Below are positions 5,065 through 14,957 of a stretch of DNA of 35,500 bases, piece after piece; position 1 is the stretch's first letter; every line of letters starts with the position of its first letter. The position numbers and the translations under genes are program-made. The DNA comes from a virus (taxonomy: Duplodnaviria; Caudoviricetes), in the IMG/VR virus record IMGVR_UViG_3300037310_000082, positions 1-35,500 of that record; one strand, written 5' to 3'. The notes below the pieces were generated by a model that was not told the DNA's origin, made no database searches, and saw nothing but the letters and a program-made list of their open reading frames with translations.

Positions 5065-8000
5065 CGGCCGGGTTCTGCATCACGCTCTTGGCTAGCGCGT
5101 TGCGCTTGAGTTGTAGCTCGTCAAGTTTCTCGCGCTTCTGCTCGGGCGTCAGCGTGCGATCCATGATGATCGCGTCGCGCGCCTTGGTCAAATTCCCAAG
5201 CCGGCTCGTGGCGGCGTCGAGCGCCGGCTTGATCGCGACCTTGCCAGCGTTTTCGCGCATCATCTTCATGGCTTCGGCGCTCTTGCCTTCGGCGCGCAGC
5301 GATCGGATCGTCGCGGCGATCTTGTCGGCCTCGCGGTCGAGTTTGTACAGGTCGGACTCGAACACCGTTGCGCGCGCCGGATCTTCGCGGTAGAACGCAC
5401 GCACCACCGGGTAGTCGTCCATCCGCAGCGCTGGACGCTGGGGTGCGTCTTCGAGCTTGCGCACCACCATGTCGCTCAAGGTCAGTGCGTACATGCCAGC
5501 CGTGCCTAAGTAGCCGTTGACGAGGTATTCGAGCTTCTTCGGGCTCAAGCCAAGGTTGTCGGCGGTGTCGCCCATCGCGCCGGCCACCACGCGCGCGGTG
5601 TCGCTGGTGCTGGCGTTGTAGCGCGCGCGCGGCAGCTTGTTCTCGTCGCCCTTGTTCTCGATTGGGCGCTCGCGGAAGCTGTCCCAATTGAAGTAGGCGT
5701 TCATCGCCGGCCGCACCGCCTGCGGCACCACGTCAATGGCAAGTTGATCGCGCACATTGGCCCACAAGCGGCTCAACGTCTTGTCTTCGGTGTCCAGGCC
5801 CTTGACTTGGCGGCCAATGCGCTCGGGGATGGTGGCGAAGAACACTCCAATCTCGAACGGCTTGGGCAGGCGGAAGTGTCTTTCGCCGATCTTGAAGTGC
5901 CAGTTCGCATCCTTGTCCCAATCTGGCAGTTCCTCGTACCAATCTTCGCCGTCGTTGGCCCAGGCCAGCAACATGCTTGCCGCGGCCATCATCATGCCCA
6001 CCAGCGCCAAGCGCTTGGGATCGGAGCGGCCCAGCCGGTACAGGCCCTGCACGCGGGCATTCAGGAACGGGATCACGTCGGCAAGCAGTTGATAGCCCGC
6101 CCACGATCCGCGCAGCCAGAAGTCCATGGAGTCCTTGCTCTCGTAGGCCGCGGCGGTTTTGTTTTTGGTGGTTTTCATCGTGGCCTCGTACACCGCTTCG
6201 CGGTTGGCGTTCTCGATCGCGTCGCCAATGTCGAAGTAGCTCTCGGCAAAACGCAGCACCTTGTCGCCCACGTAACCAGCAATGCCGTCCACCGTCGCCG
6301 CCGGCAGGCCCTTGGCGCGCAGCACGCGGCGAATCTCTTTGCCGGTGCCGGCCGGATCGTTGGCTTGCACGTTGCCGCTCTGAAAGCTCACGCCCGCAAA
6401 CAGCATCGCTTCGGCCGCGCCGCTCTCGTTGTAGCTCTTGATTGCGCCTTGCACACTCTTGAGCGGGTTGAAGCCGGGCGTGATTGCCTGAGCGGCCAAC
6501 GAGTCGCGCACCCAGTTGCGCAGCATGAACTCGGGCGTGGCTGTGACCGTGCGCGTGAGCAGCCGCTTGAAGAAGCGCATCACGTTCAGGCCCGGGAAGT
6601 CGAACGGCACAAAACTCGTCAGCGCGCGCAGCAGCAGCCGGTCGTTGACCTTGTAGAACTTGGCCTTGCCGCCCACCATCACGCGCACCACGCTCGGGTC
6701 GGACGGCGCCTGCAGCGCCCACATCTTCGCCATGCCGTCAAATGCTTCGTCTGGAATAGCGTCAAGCGTGGCCTCGGGCGTCCCGGCTTCGATCAGCAGT
6801 TTTCGGACTTGCGCCTTGGGCACGATTTCGGCCTTGAAGTCGTATCCGACCTTCTTGACGACACCAGTGCCTTCGAGCATCCGCACGGTCTTGCCGATCG
6901 CGTTGTTCTTCAAGCTCGCGTCGATGAGGCGCGAAAAGTTCATCAGCAGGTTTTCGATCGGGTCGTTCAGTGCGCTTTCGCCGCCGCGCAGCGTGCGGAT
7001 GCCGGACGACTGGCCTGCAAGTCCTTTGCGCCCGGTCGGGCTGAACGCAGCGCGCTCGTCGATCTGCCGGTAGAACGGCACGTAGTCGGCGTGATCCCAC
7101 GCCGCGCGGCCCGCAGGGTCGATCAGGCCCGCGGCCTGCGCCACGTCAAGCACGCTGCGCTTGAAGTCGGCGTACTCGGCGGAGACCTTCTTGAAAAGGT
7201 CTTCGCGGCCTTTGCCGCGGCCCTGCAGCGCAGCAATGTCGGCGTCGCTCAGGTTGTTCTCGCGGCCCTCGCGCTTCAAGCGCGCGGCGCGGTTGCCGAT
7301 CATCCAGGCGAAGAAGTCGGTCGGGTCTTTGCCCAGCGGCTCAAGGATCGCCAGCAGGCCCTTGGTGCCGGGCTTCTTCTCAAGATGCTGGCCGTTGGCC
7401 GCCCACTGCGCTTGGCCGTGCAGCAGCAGCGCGCGCATCACGCCGCTGGTTGCGCCGTTGGCAAGGCGCGCGGTAATGTAGGGGTTTTGGTCAATGCCCA
7501 GGTCGCCCAGGTAGCGTTTCACTGCGCGGCGGATGCCGTAGAACTGGTCTAGCGCGCCGCTGCGCGCCTCGGCCAGCAGCTCGTTGCTGTCGCGCAGCGC
7601 GGCCAGCGCGCGGCCAAAGCCTAAGCGGATCGACGTTCCCAGCGAGCGCTTGCCGCCCAGGCCGGCGCGCTCAAAAGCGCGTTCTTCGTCGGGGGTGAGG
7701 CTGAACCGGATGTCGGGGTTTGTCGGGTTGAACCTCTTGCCACCATCATCGAACGACGTGAACTGCGACCGCGCCGAGAAAGCGCTCATCGCGTCCACCA
7801 CAGCCGCGCGCGCTCCGTCGATGTCTTTCAAGTAGGCTGCGCTGCCCAGCGGGCGTGTGCCCATGACCCACTGGCTCACGTCTTCGAGCAGCCGCATTAC
7901 AGCGTCGGCGATGCGTTCGAGCAGCGTGCGATCCTTCGCCGCCAAGTCGCGCCAGAATTGCTTGTCGTTGAAGAAGTCGCCAACAATGTCGGCGTTCAGT

Positions 8001-11000
8001 TCTTCTAGCCACTGCAAAGGCATCTGCATGCCTTGGTTTGCGTAGCGCGCTTGCAGGGCGTCGCGGTAGCGAAACTCGCCGGTACGAAGTTGCGTGAGGC
8101 GGTCGTTTAGTTCGTGGTACAGGCGAGGGTCTTGGCTGCGAAGCTGGTGCAGCAGTTCGTGGCCCAACACGGCCATCAACGGCATGCGGCTGTCCGCATT
8201 GAGGTAGATCAGGCCGGGCCGTTTGGCCCACACCACACCGTTGAAAATCGCCTTGTCGGCGAAGCGGACGAAGACTACTTCTCGCCCGAACAGATCTCGC
8301 GCGACGCGAGATACCGTCTCAAGTTCTCCTGGCCCGCGTCTGACTGGTGAGCTTCCTGCATCAACAGCGTCAAGCACAACGGCTCGTCCGAGGTCGCGGG
8401 TGAGTTCTTCGGCAAGCTCGGCAACAGCGTCGCGGTGTCGCTGGCTGGGTTCGGGTGCGATTCCACGGGCCGGAGTATCGGCCCGGCCGTCACTTGAGTC
8501 AACACTGAACAGGGGCAGGCCGCGTGCGGTTTTTCCGTTCTGTTGTGCAATTTCGCCATCGAAGGTAGGTGCGTCTTCGGAGATGCTGAAAGCCACATCA
8601 CCACCACGCTGGTCAAACGGCGGGAAGCGCTCGTTGAGCTTTGCTAGGTGCTCCAATCGGATGAAGAACCCGCCGTTCTTCTTCCATGTGTACGGGTCAA
8701 TCGACTGCGCCTGTTCCTTAGTCAGATCGGTGCGGATCACGCCGCGGATCGTCTTGCCCTTGGCGGTGACGTGCTCCACGATGTCGGCGCCCTGCTGCTG
8801 CGCCATCTCGGCGCCGGCAGCCTGCGCCTGCTTCTTCTCGGCCTTTGCTTCGGCGCGCGCTGCGACTGGCGGCGGCGCGGCGGCTTGCGCATCTTCCTGC
8901 TCCGCGGTCATGCGGCGCGGTGGCACTTCCATGTTCTCCAAGCGGTCGAACAGTTCGTTGATGTCGGCCGCGTTGGTCAGGTCGCGCACACCTTGCTGCT
9001 GCGGCGCGCGCGCAGCGTCGGTCTGTTTCTCGATGACGACGATGCGCGTCATGACGCCAGTGCCTGCGCGCTCAAAGGTCGCGGTCGGCAGGCGGATGTC
9101 GGCCACCAAGTGCAAGTCGGCGGCGGGGCGGTACTGCTCGTCGCGCTTGCCTGTCGGCTGCACGGCCTTGATGGATTGACCTGTCACCATCGACACGGCA
9201 CCGCGAAACTCCGGCGCATCCGCCTTGACCAGCGGGTTGCCATCGCGCCAGCCTGTCACCGTGCCGGTCGGCGCCCAGCTCGCGCGCGACTCGATCTTGT
9301 CGCCCTTGTAGATCGGCGTGGCCTTGCCGTCGATGTCGATGGTTCCCAGCGGCTTCACGGGCCTGTCTTGCGCCTCGTAGAACCACTTGTCGAACTTCGC
9401 ATCCGCGCTCGGGCCTGTAGGGATCAGTGCCACGATGCGGCCGCCGTCTCGAAGGTGCGTCGCGGCCTTGGCGAGATGGTCAATCGCCGTGCGGCCGGCC
9501 GTGCCGAAAGGCGGATTCATCACGATGCCGTCGTACTTGTTGACGACGTTCAGATCCTCGAATCGGCTGTCCACGATCTTGCCGTCGAACGACAGCGCCA
9601 GGCGCGCGCGCAGTTGCATGCTCGGCTCAACGGCCGTGCGCGTCACGTTGTCGGGCAGCCAGCGCGCAATCGCGCCGTGGCCGGCGCTGGGTTCAAGCCC
9701 ATCCTCGCCGCCGCGCAGGTTCAGCCACTGCACCATCTTCAAGCCCACGGGCTCGGGCGTGGCGAAGTAGTCGGCGCCTTCCTGCGCCTTGGTCTTACTG
9801 TTCTTCTTCTGCGTGCCGTAGTAGAACGACTTGGCGCGGTCGTACTCGGTGATGACGTTTGCCAGCGCGCGGTCGCGCTGTTTGCCGCCGGTGCCCTCGC
9901 CTTCGTGGCCGGGCGGGTAGGCGTCGCTTTCCTCGTAGCCGGTGATGAAGGCGTCTAGCAGCGCGCGCGCGTGTTCTCCTTGGCCCAAGTTCTCGGCTTC
10001 GCTGGCGCGGCGTGCGATGGTCTGCGCAAAGGCCCAGCGCTCCCAGGTCGTGCCGGTGTTCAGGTAGCGCATCATTGCGTTGCTCGCCTGGCCCACGCGG
10101 TAGATGCGGCCTTCCTGCTGAATCGTCATGGTTGGCTGCGTCGGCAGCCCGAGGTTGAACAATACGCGCGGGTACTTGCCGGTTGTGTCGTGGCCACTCC
10201 AACCCTTGTTCTTTGCGCTCTGCACCAGCGCCACAATCGGCCCTTGGTTGTCGTCGTTGAAACGCTTGTAGCGCTCCAACAGATCGCGTGGCTTCTCGTC
10301 GCCGTTGATGAGCAGCACGTCGGGGAACTCTTGCGTGAAACGATCAATGGGTGACAGCAGGCCCGACAGCGCATCACCCGAGGTCAGGTCGGGGAACTTG
10401 GCCTTGAAGCGGGCAAGTGCTTCGTTGAACTGCTGCGACTCGCGCGCTTTCGTGGCCTGAATCTCATCGCCGCCAATACCGGCATCGATCACGCTTTGCG
10501 GCACCGCATCCATGCTGAACGGGTTGCGCGCGCCGCCCTTTTTGAAGTCGTGGAACACCACCACCTTGCGGCCCAGCGCCAGATGCTGCTTGATGATCGA
10601 CACCGACTCCTTGGCCTTGATCGCTTCGAGCAGGTAGCGGCGCACGAGATGGCCGTCGGTGCCGTAGAGCCGATCGTTGATCGCCGAAGACAGCAGTTTC
10701 ATGCCTTGCGATTTGTCTTTGCCATCGGCCTGGCGCTCGGCGTCTTTCTGTTGCGCGATCCAATCTAGCGCCGCGTCGATGCGGTTGCCGATGGCCGATT
10801 CCACCAGCACGAACTTGCGGTCGTAGTCGGCCTCGACTTCAAGCATGCGGCCAGACAGCGCGCCTTGCTTCTTGAGCCAGCCATTGAACTGACGCTGCAT
10901 CAGGCCCGAATCCACCCTGGCGTCGGGCTTGGTGAGTTTGCCGACACGCATCGAGTAGCCGAAATGCTCGATGAAGAACTGTTGCCAGCCGTTCGGCACG

Positions 11001-12757
11001 TTGTAGCCGGTGCGCTCGACCTTCGGGTAGTCGAACAGGTAGCCGTTGGCCCAATCGACGGTGTACTCGTAGGCAAATGGCGTGGCCGACAGCGCGAGCA
11101 GGCGCGTGCGCGCGGCGCCTTGCTTGGCCGCCACGTCGGACTCGACGGCTTCCTGCTTCTGGCGCAGAGACTTGGAAAGTGCGTCGGCGCGCGCCTGCAG
11201 CTTCGTGTTCTCGGCGCGCGCTTCAGGGGTGCCGGCCTTGGTGTTGGCGGTGATCTTTTCGCCGAGCTGGCGCAGCGCCTCGATCTCGTCGGCATGCAAC
11301 ATCGAGTGGCGCGTGTAGGCATAGTCAGGGTGGCGCGTGATCGCGCGCACGGTTGCCAGCGCCCGCGTCGCCTCGCCGTCCTTGCCCTGCATGAGTTGGT
11401 GCGCCTCGTCGGTTGTCACCAGATCCCATTCGCGCCGCACCAGCGCTAGGTTGTCGCCCGCGTTGGCGTAGGTCGTGATGACGATGCCTTTTCCGGCGTC
11501 TTTCGTGTTGGACAGCGGGGCGACAGTGAGGCCCAGCGCCTTGGCCGACTCGATCCAGTCGGCCATGATCTTCGCGTCTGGAACAAGGATGAGCTGATTG
11601 GTCTTGCCGCGGCGCGCGAAGCGCTTGATCACACCCAAGCCGGTGAAGGTCTTGCCGGTGCCCGTGCCGTTTGTGAACAGCATGCCGTAGCCGTCCGGCT
11701 TGTCGAGTCGCGCCTCGGCTTTCTGCACATCCTCTTGCTGCTCGGGCAGCAGATACGGCAGCGTGGCTCGGATGTTGTCGATGCCGGGCTGCACGGCGAT
11801 CGACTCGGCGGCGCGCTGTGCTTGGCGCTTCTGCGCGTCTGTTACGCCTCGTTCAGCAGCGCGCGCAACTTGTTCTGTTGCGACGGCATCAGACGGTGCT
11901 CGTTGCTCGCCAGAATCAACGCCTCGTTGATCGAAGTCAGTTCCGGCATCGAACTCCGAAGGTCTGTCCGTCCGCTCGTCTCGATCCAGGCGCTGATCGC
12001 CTCGTTCTCCGCCAGCAGTGGCGCCACCAGCAGGTACGCCCGGATCGTTCGCGGGTCGGCTCCTCTGGCTTCGAGCCTGGCTTCCAGTTCCTGCAGCGCC
12101 GCGTCGAGCGCCGGCCCCTGCTCCATCGGAAACAGACGGCGCCACGTCGGAGTCCGCAGCTTCTGCGTCGCTGCGATTTCGTTCCAGATTGGCGTCGGTG
12201 TCGAGTGCATCGTCAGTGCCATTATCCGCCTGCACGGCATCAATGTCGAACGCCTCCACTTCGGCGGCACCGGACATCTCGCCAGCCAGGCCAGCCAGCC
12301 GTGGGTCGTAGCGTGCGGCCATGTACCAGCTCTTGAGGTACGGCCGCACCGCCTCGCCCATGTCGGCCAGCATCGCTCGGGCAAAAGCAGCGAACGTGCG
12401 CGCGCCCTTCTCGATGTGGTAGCCGGCCAGGATGAGCCCGTCCATCATCGTCTCGGGGTCGATGCCGGACTGCAGGCGGCCGATCTTCTTGCGCAAACGC
12501 TCGCGCGCGGCGGCGGCCATGTCGTCAGTGAAGATCGTGTTTCCGCTAGGCGCGGCCGGCGCCGCCACAGCGGGCTCGGCCGGCGCATCACCAAGCAGGG
12601 AGCGCACCGCCGCAAGTTGCTCGCTCACCGCCTGCACGGCCGCTTCATGCGGGCTCTTGCCTTCACTGCGCAGCGCTCGCGCACGGTCAAGAATCGCCGA
12701 TTTGTCCGCGGGGTCGATGGCGTCTCCCGCTTTCTTCAAGCATGTCGTCAGGCTCAT
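5048..12757 (-). CDS. Giant polyvalent (DarB-like) virion protein: SF2 helicase, N6-adenine DNA methyltransferase, HExxH metallopeptidase-like domain and LPD38-like C-terminus
   Basis: Helicase motifs GTGTGKT, TTDEAH, LSATPF and QQEGRIYR. MTase motifs FATPEP, LEPSAGHG and VMNPPF. GHELLH. LPD38-like YEELPDWDKDANW...RLPKPFEIG. Confidence 0.9.
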   Translation of the reverse strand: MSLTTCLKKAGDAIDPADKSAILDRARALRSEGKSPHEAAVQAVSEQLAAVRSLLGDAPAEPAVAAPAAPSGNTIFTDDMAAAARERLRKKIGRLQSGIDPETMMDGLILAGYHIEKGARTFAAFARAMLADMGEAVRPYLKSWYMAARYDPRLAGLAGEMSGAAEVEAFDIDAVQADNGTDDALDTDANLERNRSDAEAADSDVAPSVSDGAGAGARRGAAGTGSQARSQRSRPANDPGVPAGGATAGGERGDQRLDRDERTDRPSEFDAGTDFDQRGVDSGEQRAPSDAVATEQVARAAERGVTDAQKRQAQRAAESIAVQPGIDNIRATLPYLLPEQQEDVQKAEARLDKPDGYGMLFTNGTGTGKTFTGLGVIKRFARRGKTNQLILVPDAKIMADWIESAKALGLTVAPLSNTKDAGKGIVITTYANAGDNLALVRREWDLVTTDEAHQLMQGKDGEATRALATVRAITRHPDYAYTRHSMLHADEIEALRQLGEKITANTKAGTPEARAENTKLQARADALSKSLRQKQEAVESDVAAKQGAARTRLLALSATPFAYEYTVDWANGYLFDYPKVERTGYNVPNGWQQFFIEHFGYSMRVGKLTKPDARVDSGLMQRQFNGWLKKQGALSGRMLEVEADYDRKFVLVESAIGNRIDAALDWIAQQKDAERQADGKDKSQGMKLLSSAINDRLYGTDGHLVRRYLLEAIKAKESVSIIKQHLALGRKVVVFHDFKKGGARNPFSMDAVPQSVIDAGIGGDEIQATKARESQQFNEALARFKAKFPDLTSGDALSGLLSPIDRFTQEFPDVLLINGDEKPRDLLERYKRFNDDNQGPIVALVQSAKNKGWSGHDTTGKYPRVLFNLGLPTQPTMTIQQEGRIYRVGQASNAMMRYLNTGTTWERWAFAQTIARRASEAENLGQGEHARALLDAFITGYEESDAYPPGHEGEGTGGKQRDRALANVITEYDRAKSFYYGTQKKNSKTKAQEGADYFATPEPVGLKMVQWLNLRGGEDGLEPSAGHGAIARWLPDNVTRTAVEPSMQLRARLALSFDGKIVDSRFEDLNVVNKYDGIVMNPPFGTAGRTAIDHLAKAATHLRDGGRIVALIPTGPSADAKFDKWFYEAQDRPVKPLGTIDIDGKATPIYKGDKIESRASWAPTGTVTGWRDGNPLVKADAPEFRGAVSMVTGQSIKAVQPTGKRDEQYRPAADLHLVADIRLPTATFERAGTGVMTRIVVIEKQTDAARAPQQQGVRDLTNAADINELFDRLENMEVPPRRMTAEQEDAQAAAPPPVAARAEAKAEKKQAQAAGAEMAQQQGADIVEHVTAKGKTIRGVIRTDLTKEQAQSIDPYTWKKNGGFFIRLEHLAKLNERFPPFDQRGGDVAFSISEDAPTFDGEIAQQNGKTARGLPLFSVDSSDGRADTPARGIAPEPSQRHRDAVAELAEELTRDLGRAVVLDAVDAGSSPVRRGPGELETVSRVARDLFGREVVFVRFADKAIFNGVVWAKRPGLIYLNADSRMPLMAVLGHELLHQLRSQDPRLYHELNDRLTQLRTGEFRYRDALQARYANQGMQMPLQWLEELNADIVGDFFNDKQFWRDLAAKDRTLLERIADAVMRLLEDVSQWVMGTRPLGSAAYLKDIDGARAAVVDAMSAFSARSQFTSFDDGGKRFNPTNPDIRFSLTPDEERAFERAGLGGKRSLGTSIRLGFGRALAALRDSNELLAEARSGALDQFYGIRRAVKRYLGDLGIDQNPYITARLANGATSGVMRALLLHGQAQWAANGQHLEKKPGTKGLLAILEPLGKDPTDFFAWMIGNRAARLKREGRENNLSDADIAALQGRGKGREDLFKKVSAEYADFKRSVLDVAQAAGLIDPAGRAAWDHADYVPFYRQIDERAAFSPTGRKGLAGQSSGIRTLRGGESALNDPIENLLMNFSRLIDASLKNNAIGKTVRMLEGTGVVKKVGYDFKAEIVPKAQVRKLLIEAGTPEATLDAIPDEAFDGMAKMWALQAPSDPSVVRVMVGGKAKFYKVNDRLLLRALTSFVPFDFPGLNVMRFFKRLLTRTVTATPEFMLRNWVRDSLAAQAITPGFNPLKSVQGAIKSYNESGAAEAMLFAGVSFQSGNVQANDPAGTGKEIRRVLRAKGLPAATVDGIAGYVGDKVLRFAESYFDIGDAIENANREAVYEATMKTTKNKTAAAYESKDSMDFWLRGSWAGYQLLADVIPFLNARVQGLYRLGRSDPKRLALVGMMMAAASMLLAWANDGEDWYEELPDWDKDANWHFKIGERHFRLPKPFEIGVFFATIPERIGRQVKGLDTEDKTLSRLWANVRDQLAIDVVPQAVRPAMNAYFNWDSFRERPIENKGDENKLPRARYNASTSDTARVVAGAMGDTADNLGLSPKKLEYLVNGYLGTAGMYALTLSDMVVRKLEDAPQRPALRMDDYPVVRAFYREDPARATVFESDLYKLDREADKIAATIRSLRAEGKSAEAMKMMRENAGKVAIKPALDAATSRLGNLTKARDAIIMDRTLTPEQKREKLDELQLKRNALAKSVMQNPAVRQAQ
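11842..12222 (-). CDS. Nested +1-frame gene (about 126 aa) inside the 2569-aa gene
   Basis: Helical, protein-like sequence with GC-ending codons, while the host frame reads as a disordered A/D/G/R linker. ATG at 12222 or 12210. Confidence 0.6.
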   Translation of the reverse strand: MALTMHSTPTPIWNEIAATQKLRTPTWRRLFPMEQGPALDAALQELEARLEARGADPRTIRAYLLVAPLLAENEAISAWIETSGRTDLRSSMPELTSINEALILASNEHRLMPSQQNKLRALLNEA

Positions 12758-12948
12758 TCGTCAAGCGCTCCGCTCATGATGATCGCAATAGCAATCTCGA
12801 AAACATCGTCGTCGATGCGCCTTTGCGCTGGGCCGTCATCGCCTCCGGTCGGGATGGCGGCAGATGGTGCCGCAACGTCAACCGCTTTGCGCCAGTGCCG
12901 CGCCGAGAACTGACGCAACCCGAACTGGCGCGTCCCAAACTGCTTCAC
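12754..12948 (-). CDS. Small hypothetical protein (RQF repeats, acidic-hydrophobic C-terminus)
   Basis: KQFGTRQFGLRQFSARHW...DDDVFEIAIAII. GTGA and ATGA overlaps on its two sides. Confidence 0.7.
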   Translation of the reverse strand: MKQFGTRQFGLRQFSARHWRKAVDVAAPSAAIPTGGDDGPAQRRIDDDVFEIAIAIIMSGALDE

Positions 12949-13547
12949 GGCGTAGCGTCCAGCGTGACGGTTGCTCGGTTACCGGCACCATCGAATCCGG
13001 TCTGGATGCGCGTCTTCGCGCCGCTGACCGAAAGAAACGACTCGGCAGCCGACCCAGCGCCGTTTGTGCGTCCCGATATGCCGGCCATGATGATGCGCAA
13101 CAGTTCTTCCGCGCTCATCCCGCTCTCGACCACGCGCTGCCACACGGCGTCGGCGACCTGGGACGGCGTTGCTCCGCCGCCTCCACCGGTAGCCACCGTG
13201 ATCGCCTGCACCGGTTGCTGATAGTTCACTCGCACGGTGAAGTCGCCAAGCGTGTCAAGGAACGGATCTCCGCCACCATCAACCAGCAGCACACCGTCGT
13301 TCACAGTCAGCGTGTGGTCTGACTCCTGCGGCCGGATGCGCCACCCGTTTGTGAGGTAGGCGTAGATCGGCACCGCCGTTCCGGCTGTCAGATCGATGTC
13401 ATCGCCGCCCACCGTGCGAAACGCCGGCAGGTACTGTGCATTCCCGGCCACCCAATCCACCCACCGCGAGTAAACATCCCTCACGCTCATCACCGTCTGA
13501 GCGGTAATCGTGATTGTCTTCGCGGTGCCGTCAAAGGTGTAGGACAC
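12945..13547 (-). CDS. Putative virion structural protein (200 aa)
   Basis: Coupled ORF whose N-terminus resembles that of the 461-aa neighbour. C-terminal ADAVW..VESGMSAEELLR...DGAGNR motif. Confidence 0.75.
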   Translation of the reverse strand: MSYTFDGTAKTITITAQTVMSVRDVYSRWVDWVAGNAQYLPAFRTVGGDDIDLTAGTAVPIYAYLTNGWRIRPQESDHTLTVNDGVLLVDGGGDPFLDTLGDFTVRVNYQQPVQAITVATGGGGGATPSQVADAVWQRVVESGMSAEELLRIIMAGISGRTNGAGSAAESFLSVSGAKTRIQTGFDGAGNRATVTLDATP

Positions 13548-13556
13548 GCCGCCGCC

Positions 13557-14942
13557 TCACACGTAGGCTCGGTCTTGTTCGGCCACTGCGCTGATTGAGA
13601 TTGCCTTGCTTCTCGTCAGCGTGGCACTTACGCGCACGTACTTTCCGGTGCCGGGGCGGATGCAGATCAGCTCCACCGCCGCGTCCGTGCCAGCGATGCG
13701 CCCACCCTGCACGTTGCCATCGTAGTCGAAGTCAAACGCAATAGTGGCCGACGAGATCGTGCCGGTGATCGGTGTGCCGGCAGCGTTGTTCACCGTCACA
13801 GCGCCGTTTTCGCCCCAGTCGTTGCCGGCGCCAGGCAGCGATGCGAAGAACAGCCGATAGCTTGACCCCGCGCCCACCAGCGCCGCATTGAATGACAACG
13901 TTCCGGCAGCCGTGAACGGGTTTGTTCGCTGCACGCCGTTCTGGTCAACAAAGACCACGCGGTTGCTGTCGGCGGGCAGCACGTTGTCGATATACACGCC
14001 TTGCGTGGTGTAGAGCGTGTCTCCTTCGAAGTAGCACAACTGGTCGGCCGTCTTGCCGGTCACAGAGCCCGCACCGCTGTCAATGTCGCCCGCTTGGCGC
14101 AGCAAATACTGCATCTTGGTGTAGATCTGTTCGAGCGTGCCGCCGTTGCCCTGGATGATCTTGCGGAACGGATATGCCGTGCCGCCGATCGTGCGGTTTT
14201 GGTCGGATGCGAAGAACTCCACCGTGATGCCGTTGTACGGCGCATTTGCTGCTACCGTCGCATCGTTGGCTGTCACCTTGCCGGTCTCGGCGTTCACCGA
14301 CACCGGCAGCGACACCTTGAACGCGCCCGTGCCTGTCTCGCCAACGTCGCTCAGTACCGCATCGTCGTAGGTGTAGTTGTACTCGCGGCAGAAAATCTTG
14401 AAGAACGCGCGCGAGTCGAAGTTGCCGTTTGTCGCGTCGCCGAACACTTGGATGCCCTCGTTCGGCGCGTCGTTGTAGGTGAAGTTGATCGGGGCGCCGC
14501 CCACGGCGCGCTGGTAGTAAAACTGCGCGCCGGCCGGGAAGCCAGAAGCCAGGGCCACAATGCCCACGTACTCGCGCGCAAGGGTGCCGGCGGCGCTCGT
14601 GCCGTCAGAGCCGGGCGTCGTTGGCGTGTATTCGCTCCATCCGCCGTCGCGCATGTAGCTGCGCGTTGCGTCGTCGGCAAAGCGCCAGTTGTTGAACCGC
14701 GCGCCGTCAGTGCCAATCTGGAATTGGCCCGAGCGCGCGTCAATCGCATACACCGGGAAGGGCGAGTCTTGATACGCCGCAGTCGCCCACAGCTCCACCA
14801 GCTTGGAGTAGAGCGCCTGCCACGTCACGCCGTCCTTCGCTACCAAGTTGCCAGCCACGTTCAGCGTGATGGTGCGCGCCGTCTCGTCCACCGTCAGTTC
14901 GGTGCCGACGTTCAGTTGTGCCCGAGATGTGATCTTCGCCAT
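13557..14942 (-). CDS. Putative virion structural/appendage protein (461 aa)
   Basis: Long GC3-rich ORF with GAGGAAAAGGAAGG upstream and a beta-rich G/T/A/N composition. Confidence 0.8.
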   Translation of the reverse strand: MAKITSRAQLNVGTELTVDETARTITLNVAGNLVAKDGVTWQALYSKLVELWATAAYQDSPFPVYAIDARSGQFQIGTDGARFNNWRFADDATRSYMRDGGWSEYTPTTPGSDGTSAAGTLAREYVGIVALASGFPAGAQFYYQRAVGGAPINFTYNDAPNEGIQVFGDATNGNFDSRAFFKIFCREYNYTYDDAVLSDVGETGTGAFKVSLPVSVNAETGKVTANDATVAANAPYNGITVEFFASDQNRTIGGTAYPFRKIIQGNGGTLEQIYTKMQYLLRQAGDIDSGAGSVTGKTADQLCYFEGDTLYTTQGVYIDNVLPADSNRVVFVDQNGVQRTNPFTAAGTLSFNAALVGAGSSYRLFFASLPGAGNDWGENGAVTVNNAAGTPITGTISSATIAFDFDYDGNVQGGRIAGTDAAVELICIRPGTGKYVRVSATLTRSKAISISAVAEQDRAYV

Positions 14943-14957
14943 GAGCCTTCCTTTTCC

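Noticed and set aside
4563-5393. 276-aa plus-strand ORF
   Set aside because: It runs through a strong terminator and antisense into the giant gene, and its composition is not protein-like.
8275-8616. 113-aa +1-frame ORF inside the 2569-aa gene
   Set aside because: No SD, mixed codon bias and a sequence that is not protein-like, so it is much weaker than the four nested genes reported.
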